64,000 nt of DNA from Macrostomum lignano. Lineage: Eukaryota. Shown piece by piece: positions 34,177 to 45,090 of the stretch. Made by a program: the position numbers and the translations under genes. The DNA lies in assembly GCA_002269645.1 (NCBI GenBank), contig NIVC01002190.1, forward strand, positions 62,001 to 126,000, read 5' to 3'. The notes below the pieces were generated by a model that ran no database searches, was not told the DNA's origin, and saw only the letters and a list, made by a program, of their open reading frames with translations. The number at the start of each line of letters is the position of its first letter. Within the stretch, counting starts at the first letter, position 1.

Positions 34177-36749
34177 GGCTCTGGGGATCTGCTGGCTGAA
34201 GTATTTCGTAAGTTTTTCTATATACAAAAGGAGAGTTTAACAGATTTAACAACTTTGCACTTACATGTACAAATCTTATTTTCAAATACAAAATTATGTA
34301 CTTATTATTTCGAAAATGGTTATTGCACTTTATATCTCTAACCTTAAGCTTGCTTAAGCATTGTAATTAAATGCTCTAATTTTAATCTTCTGCAATTTAA
34401 ATAAGTTTTATACGAAAATCATATATCAAAGATAATTGAAAAGTCCTTTTAAAAGAGTTTATCAAATAGTCGAACCTACTATGTATCTATGCTATAATGC
34501 ATAAAAGGTGAAGGTTCCAACTTATAATATAAGTAACCATTTGTGGGATGTATACTTAAAAGAATAGTCTAGTTATTAAGGAAAATTAATTGTTAACTAA
34601 TCATTTTTAAAAGTAAATAAACAATTCAGTTATTGGTAAAAGTGTTGGCATTAAAACAAAAAAATCTTAACTTATTAAATTTCTTTGAGTTGACTAAAAG
34701 TTAATTAGAATATGCTAATCTATTATCAATAACACAGAATATACAGAAACTTAGCACTTTCATTTACAAAAACAAACTTTAAAATGCATTGTCTGCATTT
34801 TCATTCTTTTAGCTAGCACAGAGAGGTCATTGAAGTAATTTACAATTTATTAAGTAACACATACTAAGAAAAAAATTGTAATATAACTTATCAAACATAT
34901 TTTTGTTCTTTCTTGTCTTTGGTCTTATTGACATTTTCATTATCATAAATGACAAATTTGTTGTTAATTTACTAATTATTAATGCAAATTCATTAATCAA
35001 CAAAAAATCTTAATGACATTTCATTAATGTTAATGAAAATCTAAATGCTTATTAATGGATTGTTACCCAATACTGCTACCTAGATTGTTATAATATGGTC
35101 ATGGTTAGGTTAATCATATTATTAGTTGTTTTATTTTTTAGAGGAAATGTTATAATTCATTATGATATATACAAGTTATGATAATTATACAAGTTATTTT
35201 AGCCAAGCTATTTATTATTCATTAAAATAAAAAATACATTTTTATGATAAAAAATATTGCAAAGTATTTATTTTAGATTATAGTCTACTTTTTGACATCT
35301 AATTATAATTTATAATTTATATACTGAAAATCAACCTTATGATTGGAATAAATTCTGAAAATGTATGGATGCCTATCAAGGGTCCAGCAAAAATGCACCA
35401 AAAGGTCACTCTAAAGTATATAGACTATATCAATGGGTCATCAAGCAGTGGTGGCACACCAAAAAACAGCATTGTTATGCAGAGCACACCTAATAACTTT
35501 GCCAACTTTTGACATTTTGACATTTAGGCCATTCTGACATGGATTCCAAGCACTATACAAGTACCAAGTGTTGCACTGCATTATACCATACTGCACTAAG
35601 TGCTACCTTACAGAAAATACACCACATCTCAGGGTTATTTTAAAAATGTCTAGATAGCTATCTGCCATTTAGAAACTTTTTTAATAAGGAAAAGCAAACT
35701 AAGATAAGGGCTTCCAAAATGCCAAATTACTAAAAAACATAGGCAGTGAAAAGTTTAGATCCCCTAATGTATCCCCTAGACTAAGTTTATCTTTGATTGG
35801 GACATTAAAATTTCTAAATTAACAAAGTTTAATAATATAATGTTCTAATAAAAACAACTTGAGCATACAATACACTTTGTGACTTTCCAACTATATGTAA
35901 AGTCAATCACTATCTATATTTTATTGATCTAAATGATCTAACTGTGTACAAACATAATAAAAAACATCTAGGCACAAATGAAGACAAAGTTCTATAGCTA
36001 GCATGGCATTAGGCCTAATGATGATTTTTTTGACTTTCATAAAATTCAAAAGTTCCTCAGAGCAAGTTCTTCTAGTAGTGATATCAATTTTACCCAAGGA
36101 AATGCTTTGACAATTTCCTATATTAGGTGACCCATAACTATGCTATATAAGGTCTAATGCTATTTTTAAGGCTATAAAACTTTAATTAATAAACTTGTTT
36201 TTGTTTGTTTGTGAAAAATCTAGTGTCAAAATAATTTAATGTAGAAAACTAAGACATTGCCACTTTAGTAAGCCTATTAATTAGTAGGTATATGGTCATT
36301 TTGTCTGCTATTAGGCCTAGTTTGTCTACTAGCAAACAAAATGACTACTCATTAGTAGGTACATTTATTGTTTGTTTAGCATGCTGCATGATATTATATA
36401 ACATTAATATTGATTTATTATAGTTATTCTTTCTTCTATTTTTTCACTGTGAACTCTTATTTTGACCTATATATGCTAATACCTCTAAAAACTATATGAA
36501 CTTCGAACTTTGTATGAAATTTCTACTAAAACATACATTCATTTTAATAAAAGTAGCACTAAATAGTAAAAAATAGATGCTTATTAGTAGCAAATATTTT
36601 ATTGTATACAATACAGTAGACAAACATCTACCTTAGCAATGCTTTGATAGAATGATTAGGCTTACTCTTAATTTTCAAGTTAAAAATTCAATTTATAATT
36701 ATAGAAACTTTAAATGCATAGGCCCAATCTAGGCAAAAAGCATAACATC

Positions 36750-37034
36750 TAAATAGAAAGCTTAATATCAACATTTGAATATGAGTGCAATTTCTAACAA
36801 CTTCAACGCGTTTCGCATGCCATGGTGCATTGTCAGGATTTTATTAGAACGATTTGAGAAATTGAGATTGAAAGTGATGTACACAGGTAAGGAGGGTAAG
36901 ATTGAAAACAATTGATTACAACTTGGCTTAAACAACATACATAGGTCCTGATGATGCATCATGGCATGCAAAACGCTTTGAAGTTGTTAGAAATTGCACT
37001 CATATTCAAATGTTGATATTAAGCTTTCTATTTA
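36750..37034. mobile_element. Foldback MITE-like element, ~89-bp inverted arms around an ~110-bp spacer
   Basis: Arms TAAATAGAAAGCTTAATATCAAC...TCAGGA and their reverse complement; TA at both ends; a 12-bp direct repeat CATAACATCTAA at 36741 and 37067. Confidence 0.75.
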
Positions 37035-38399
37035 TTTTTCTCGCCAAGTGAGCAACTCTACCAACACATAACATCTAACTACATGCCTATAGCAACTCAT
37101 ACTCATTCATGTTAATTGTCAAGTCAAGTTACAAATTAGGCCTAATTTAATTGCATTCAACATTCTAAAATTTTCCTAAATCAAACTTAATTAACCTGTT
37201 TTTATGTAGGTCCTTCTTCCTAAGAGCAAAAAACTTCTTCCAAATAGTTGAACCATCATTGCTTCCATGTTCCACCTATTTTTTATTAATCTTTAGCTTT
37301 TTTGTTCTCATTTGGCAAGGACCAAGGAGTCAAGGACCAGCAACCAGGTTCAAGTTAAGAATAAGATGTTATACCTTATACATTATATCCATTTACTAAA
37401 AATTATAGACTATAAGCTATTGAAACTCACAGATTTTGAACCCAGGGATTCCAATCCCTAGAACTATTTTTGCATATATTCTGAAATCTAAGGCCATACT
37501 TAAACAAAAACTTGATAATACTTAATAGGATAGAGGTAAACATAAAATGGAATACAATTACATAAAATTAGGATTTGAGGCAAGTACCTATGACTAAATA
37601 AATTTAAAATTTTTGGATTTTTAGATTTCTCTCTTTGACTTTTCTTATGTCCTTTGGATCCTTTGAAACTTCTATTTTCTTTTCTGTTTCCTCTTTTCTT
37701 TCTTTTGTCTTTTTTCCTATCTTTTTTTTTCTACTTTCTCCCTGTTCCACTTTCATCTCTTGTCTGTTCACTCAAGTCCCTGCTCTCATCTTCCCTCTTT
37801 CATCTGGTCATCTTTACTGTTTTATATGTTCTATTACCTTTCACCTCTATACTTCTTTTTTCCTTTCTTTTGACTCTTCACTTTCCTTTTTCTTTTTTTT
37901 TCCATTTTCTATAGGCCCTATTATTCTCTCTCCACTCTCTTCCTTTATCTTTTATCTCTCATTTCTCATCTTTCTTTACACCTTTTTAGTTTATAGCCTA
38001 GAGAATGAAGTCAATGAAAAATTGTGCATTTTGAGCAGAAATTTTAAGGTAGCCTATAAGTATGACATTTTCTATAGTGAATTTAAGGTGGGTGCAAAAT
38101 TCAAGTAGGCCTAAGAATAAGATGTTATACCTTTATTTATACATTATATATAGAATAGACTATACCCTATATAGTCGATAATAGACATCTAGTAATTAAT
38201 TTTAAATATCATTTATTTGTTAATTGCAATTCAGCTAGCTAAAAGCCAAAGTAGCCAAAATTGGATCCAGTATTATCTGAGCAGTTGAAAAAAGTAGGGC
38301 CTACCGATTCAATGATTTATCATTAGGGCCTAGTGCACTGTAAATGTAAATCAACTAAGTAAATGAAGGCCTATGCAACAAAAGTAACATATTTTTCCT

Positions 38400-38650
38400 T
38401 TACAAAAACGCAAATGGCTGCGTCTTACTAATACTAGAGTCAGCGCCAGAGAAAATTGCTAAAGTGAGAGTCAAAAAGGTCGTCATTGGTGCCATGCTGA
38501 CTACAAAACTTCACCTTCACGTGGGCCCAGGTGCCTTCAATGGTGTTCTCAATTACTGATTCCAAGGTCACAGAGGTCAGCCAATGGCCGCAAAAATTGG
38601 CAGGAGGTAGGATATTTACAGGCGCTCAAGGTTGTCCCGCCATGATTTAC
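38400..38650. promoter_or_regulatory. Possible promoter / 5'-UTR exon island for the hnRNP gene
   Basis: Local retention of CpGs inside a CpG desert; YY1-like AAATGGCTG and CATGGCGG, CCAAT motifs; minus-strand donor-like GTAAGA near 38427. Inference only. Confidence 0.3.
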
Positions 38651-41375
38651 ACTGAAAATAATGAAGATTGGGTCAAAATAATTTTATGGGGGAAGTAGGA
38701 CCTTGCCAATGTATGCCTATGTATCTTATATAGATCTGGACCTAGGATTCTAGATGGACATTGATTAATTCAATTAAATGTTTTATTTTTTGTAAAATAT
38801 AAACTGATTTTTCTGTTATTAACTTAAAAATTAATAAACACTTGCTGGTTTAATTAGAAAGATACCAATATAGTATAAAACATTTAATTTATATAATTAT
38901 ATAGCAATATGCCTATATCTTATAAATTATTAAACTAAGGATAGTGAATAAGGTGTAAGTAGGAATTAAAGCTTAGCCATAATCTTTTTATTGAATTTCT
39001 GTAATATTATATTTTTTAAAACATTGATATCATTACATTAGGCCATTAGGGGCCTACTTTTCAATATATAATGTCGGCGCATGACCAAGATAGCCACACA
39101 CCAATATGGCCATAGCTCTAAGTGTCTAAATAGATAATAATAAGCCTAGGTCTATATATTTCACTTATAAAAATATATTCACTTTTTCACTTATTTCACT
39201 TAAAAAGATGCTATATTGGAATTGTATTATATTAGACCCCTATATTATAGTCATTCCTTTGGCTTTAGCTTTTAATACACAGCTTGACCTATAGATATTT
39301 ATTCACTACATCAAGCAAGTAGCCTAGGCTAGGGCCTAACACAAAATAAATACCTTGCCTTGTTGCATATTTATCTTAATTTTTATATAGCATTACTAGT
39401 AGCAATGTTTTCTTAATAAACAGTGATAGATTTGATAGATATAATAATAGGGAATAAATTGGCATAAAGACTGAAAAAGATTAAATTCAAATCTATTATT
39501 GCATTAGACTAATGATTAGTATTTATGGATATGATTGATTAAACATAATAATTAATATAACAATAGCTACTATATTGCCAATTAATGAAAAAAAGAGAGT
39601 AGAGCCAGATATTCAATGTTGTGGCCATCTTGGTGTGTGGCCATCTTGGTCTTACATCATAATGTCAATGATCCCATGACTTCCAATATTATATTTGGTG
39701 CATGACTAAGACCGCCACACACCAAGACCACCATAGCTATTACTGGCTATTAGTATTGAGGGAGAACTACCAATCTTCTAGCATTGCTATTCCTCTCATG
39801 GTTCTTTTCTCGCTGCTAGCTCTCCTACCCACTCATCTCCTCTCTAGCACCATCTAATAACACATAAATTCAAATTTTTCCCCTAGCCCCCAAGTGTAGC
39901 TTGGGGAATAAAAAAGAAAATTTAACAAAAAAGTTGATTTCTTTGCAAATAAATATTAAATAACATTGCAAAATAATTACAAAAGATAAAAAACTTTTAC
40001 AAAAAAATTTGGCCTTAACTATATTAAATAAATAGCAAAACATCTTTTGTAAGCCCTACTAACAATGTATTAGTTAGTTTCTGGCATTAAATTATTTTGA
40101 CATTAATTTTTAACAAATAAACCAAAACAAGTTTATTAAAGCATACTTAAGATATATATAATTAATAAGTCTTTAAACTGTAGAGATCTTAAAAAAGCAA
40201 CATTACATAATATAGTGATAACTGATAGGTCATTTTGGTCATCTAATATAAAAAGTTGCCAAAGTATTTCAATAGGTAGAGTTGGTACTAGGGTCTATAA
40301 GAATTTTTGCTAAGATAAAGTGTGCTCTTTTTAAGTTGCCATTAATCTTTATGTGCAGAATGATCTAACTAGTAGATGTCAGGGGTCTTGCTGCTCCAAG
40401 AAAATAGGCCCTTGTCATTGTATGTAGACAATCTGGTTGCAGATGAATGACTGGTGTTGCTTTTTAAACTGGCAGGCTACAGCTGCATTGCATAGTCAGT
40501 TGTACTAGTTGTTAATATCTGCTAAAAATACAATATAGAATCTACATGGATTTTCCATATGAAATTGATATCAAATTTGTCACAGCAATTACATATGGAA
40601 TCTATGTAGAAAATCCATATGGAATTGATATTGAATTTGACCCAGTGATTCCATGTGGAAACTATATAGACTTTTCTACCTGAAATCAGGCTTCATTTTG
40701 CAGATTGAGCTGAATGCTATCTAGGTATGCCTAAATGTTTAATTCAAAATAAGCTTTAAATTGAAGTCAACCATCTTGATCTTTACATTAGAAAATGATG
40801 CCAGCCAAGTCTGTATATATTGAAATGTAAGATAGTAGCAGCCTTAAATTAATTTAAATCATTTGTGATACAAATTACATTTAGGGTGTTTTAAAATTAA
40901 AATATAATATACAATACAATACAAAAAGATCTTCAAGGCACTCAATCAGGGCCAACATTTCTGGGTCTTAGTTGTGTAGTTCCTTCCATTTTCATTGGAC
41001 TTCTCCTAGAGCATGCAGTCTAACAGACGATTGACAAAGGCTTTTATGTGCTTTAGTAGTCTCACTTTCAGGTATGCGCAGTAAACAGATCTAAAAAAAT
41101 ACCAAATGCTATATTAGGAAAATTATTGCAAGATACTTACAATTAACTATTGTTGCATTAGTTAGCATATTTAAATTAATAGGCAAATATATAAATGAAC
41201 ATAATTAAATAGGCCAAAATGTGCATTTGCCAGATGTGCTAGAAGCCATGGCTTTTTACTTAAACCAGGCCTACTTCTTATTTAGTTTTAGATCTTAGGC
41301 TAAAAAACTGCAATGAAAAAGAAATAAATTATCATATACCATATAAATATTCCTTATAAGTAAAACATACAAATA

Positions 41376-41734
41376 GGGGGGCTGTAGCCCAGCCGTAGCG
41401 CAGCTGCTCTGGTGTGCCAGCGACCCAGGCTCGATTCCAAGTGCAGTCACATTAATTTGGGGCTGAATTAGAATCTCGGCTTGGCTCTGCTTGTGCAATT
41501 AATGGCCTTGAAAGCCAACCCCCCCAAGGCGCAGTGAAGTGTACATGCCTAACAATAATATAAAGTTAGGGCCGCTGTGCACTCCTGTGTGAGTGTGTGC
41601 CTGCGTACGTATCTGCGCGCTTGTATGCCTGCTTAGGGGAGTCGGCGGAATGGGCAGTAATGCCTCGCCGGTTGTGTGCCCATGTTGCTTAAAGTGCGCC
41701 AGGGTGCACACAACCCCCCTGCCTCTAATAAAAA
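41376..41734 (+). mobile_element. tRNA-derived SINE (second family) with A-tail
   Basis: tRNA-like head GGGGCTGTAGCCCAG...GGCTCGATTCC; tail AATAAAAAAAAA; 14-bp TSD AAAACATACAAATA (41362-41375, 41735-41748). Confidence 0.85.
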
Positions 41735-42088
41735 AAAACATACAAATATCTAAAAATTAATTTACAAAATGAAAAATTTAGAAAAAGTGCAATAGCTAGG
41801 CTAGTCTTCATATTTGGCAAATCTTCTATTACAAGTTGCAATTTTAAATTTTCACTCTAAGAATAATTATTAAATATATTTAATCAACTTTGCCTGTTCA
41901 CCTTGCCTATGTCCCTAGTGTTAAGCTCGCAGAGATTATTGGTAGCGTTAACTCCACTACCATAGACAAACTTAAAATTGATAATAAAACAAGAACACGT
42001 ATATTTATTGAACATTAAAACAGTAAACAAGTGTTTAGTCAGTTATAGTTGTTTTAGTTCATTAGTCTACAACTTTTTATTGCTATCA

Positions 42089-43498
42089 CTATTGCATCTT
42101 GTTTGTTGGGGAACTGAAATTGATTGTGGTTGGCCCATAGAATTTTAGTACAGGGGTGGACCATTGTTGACTTAGAGCCAAAGCCTGCGGTCCAGAAATA
42201 TTGGAGTTGCCGTTGGCAATTGCTGTTTCAACCTCACTCACGCCGCTTGTTTTGGCTGCGGCAGTGGGCTCTCCATATAGTACTGCCAACATGTTCTTCT
42301 CTGACTTACGGATATCAATGTAGGACCTGTCAGCCTTTTCGATAATCCTTCCAGTCTTCTGGCTTGCTATTTCCTTACTGATGCCGCCTTCTACCAACCT
42401 AGTCTTGCAGGTCCGACGCAGACTACTGTTCGTGATAGGTCCGGTCATACTGCCGGCTTCAATCTGCTTGCCAGAGAACAGATTCTTCACGACGTTTTCA
42501 ATTGTATGCACACCCATTGGTTGACTACGATACTATATATCAGATGTCGGCGCCTTGATCGGTGTCAGATAGAATGCAGAGTGACCCTTGAGTCCGAATT
42601 GCTCCGGCTGGTGACGAACATAGGTCTTATACATCGTGATGACACATTTGTCTGGGTCGCCATTCAAATAGATCCTGGTTGTTTTTGGCTCAACGTGTAC
42701 CTTGTGCAAACCAACTCTCCCATTCTTCGACATTCACTTGGTGTACACCAGACATTCAGTGTCATTTTCCTTGACGAGCACAAGCTGCGATTGCTCACTG
42801 AATTCTAACGCGCGATGTTCAGCACTCGCTCTGAGCGATAGGTGCAGACCTAAGTGGTACAGCAGGGTATTCACCAGCTGCGTCGGATTAGACATTCCAA
42901 AATGTCCCTCTGCCCAGAGTTGCACTTCTTCGTCTAGGCCAATTACCCTCGCTCGCTTTGGTGTAAGATGAAAACCTGATTTGGCACTCAATTTCATGGC
43001 GGCATCAATGCACTGCCTGGTTAGGACAAACTCATTGTCCTTGAAGATGGACCAATCATGCAGAAACTTTGTTTGTAGGTGGAACTGTATACTGGCGACA
43101 AAACCTTTGATCGTCGCAGGCGGGTACATATCTCCATTGTCCTTGCGCAGTTCAAGCAGAAAGCACTGCAGCATGTAGTCCCATTCCTTCTTGCTCCACT
43201 CAAACATATCCTTCACAACTTTCAACTGAGCAGTTTGGTGCACTCGCCAGTCAGTATACCAAGCGCACAGTTTATTCCAATTGCTACGAACCTTTGTGGC
43301 CATTGTTTTAGGAATTCGCAAGTCTCTAAATTCAGCAAGCCAGAAGTCAACATTGGTGCTAGTGCTTTGCACTGTAGACGCTTCTTCATTGGTAATCGTT
43401 CGCATCACTTCCATTACATCGTCAGCAGTTAGCTCCTCTATTTTGGTAAAATTTGTGGCTTGTTTATTTCACAGCTTGCTTCTCTCTTCCTAAACCAT
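42089..43498 (-). mobile_element. Crypton-type (DUF3504/CryptonA-like) tyrosine recombinase ORF, pseudogenised
   Basis: One reading frame from ATG 43498 with four in-frame stops and no frameshift; motifs FLLELRKDNGDMYPPATI, EEVQLW, NPTQL, LRASAEHRAL, SKNGRVGL, (W)YRSQPMG, TNSSLRRT, TG..RSY. Confidence 0.88.
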
Positions 43499-43639
43499 CA
43501 GTCCTCTTTGATTTAGACTTAGTATTTTACCATAGACAATACAGGGAGCAGAGATTTAAATCTCCGCTGGAGATTAACTCGTGCTAAATATAGATTGCCT
43601 CAAGGCTTATAGGCTATTGATTAAATTAAAATAACCCAC

Positions 43640-43800
43640 TGAAACGAGGAGATACTCTATGGCAAAATCTCCTCGGCTTTAGAATGTCTGAGGCTGCATT
43701 TAATGGTCCCGAGGCAAGCAAAGTGAGCTGAGGACCATTGATTGTAGCCAAGGATATTCTAACGCCTCGGAGATTCTGCATAGAGTATCTCCTCATTTCA
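43640..43800. repeat. Imperfect ~70-bp-arm foldback upstream of the Crypton ORF
   Basis: TGAAACGAGGAGATACTCTATGGCAAAATCTCC.. versus the reverse complement of 43731-43800; ~20-nt loop. Confidence 0.8.
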
Positions 43801-45090
43801 CATATTTTATTACACATATAATCTACTTTTAAATAAAATTTAAGATAATTCTAATGGCTATGACTCATGAGCAAAATTATAAAAAAAATCATTTTGCAAT
43901 AGGCCTATGTCCTTGTTTTATTGAATCACAGGCCTACACTTAGGCTAAAGACAGAGTAAAAAATAGAATAAACTCAGGAAAAAATGCAATTTAATGAGAC
44001 AAAGCAAGAATGGATAAGCATGTATTTTTTAAGAGTTATTCATCAACTTTACAAATCAATTATTTAATATAACTTTGATTGAGGTTACATAGCTAGCTAT
44101 AGTAAAAGATTCTTATAGGGCATGCTAGGCCTACAAACAAACAACTGAAGGCCTAATGATAGATTAGTTAGGATAATACTTATTTGAATAAATATAATAA
44201 TTTAAGATTTAAGTATTACAAATTTTATGGATCAAAGAATGAGATTTTTGTCCACATTTAATATTTGTTCACAATAAAAAGACAATTAAAGACCCTGAAA
44301 CCAACTTTTGATTCAAGTACTTACAAGGAGAGACACATAACACACATGTTAACAAAAATTTTATTCATATCCTTTACCTTAAATAGAAAATAAAAAACAA
44401 TAAATCTCCAAGTGTCATCCAAGATTCTTGATGCTACCAAGAATTGCTTTAGTATGGTAGCCCACTCTGTCCAATGCTTGTGATAGTGTGGGGGTCTGCA
44501 CTGATGCTGAATGCATATGGCGGCTATAGCTATAGTTGCACCATTGGGTTCTGGCTTGTGATGCCAATGTAGTGAGCAACTCTAGCTGGTTCAGAGTGTT
44601 AGTTAGCCACTTTAAAAAGGTGGAGAAATAGGTGGCTGTGCCTAACTAATTATAGGTTACAGCATTGCCTAGCCAAGTGTAAATATAGTAACTAAAAAGA
44701 AAAATAACAAATAACAAACAAAATTAATAGGTTGAAGGTAGAATTGTACAATTGTAATAAATCATCAGAAACTAACTCTGTATATCCTATGAATCTGACT
44801 CACATTCACAGTGACTACTATGACTGATGCAATGACTAACTAAAACGAATTAATAATTTTTTAATTTCTAGAGTCTGATATAATTATTAACTTCAAAAGA
44901 AATAAAATTATGGGAAAATGTTTCTTTAGCTTAAAAGTTACAAATTGTACAAGTTGCAAGTGCGATAAGTGAGCAATGAACTTTGGAAAATGCAGGGGTT
45001 AACAATTCAACTGTCGCAAATGCCATTTTGCAGGCCAAAGTGCAGACCCATGTTGCCAATGGCGGCATCAAACTGGCCTCGCAGCCAGCC

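Noticed and set aside
26958-41460. Bona fide tRNA genes at 26958 and 41376
   Set aside because: Cloverleaf incomplete and both heads continue into SINE bodies bounded by TSDs
42089-43498. Stop-codon readthrough or reassignment in the Crypton ORF
   Set aside because: Host genes in the window terminate at TGA and TAA normally; the stops are single transitions from sense codons
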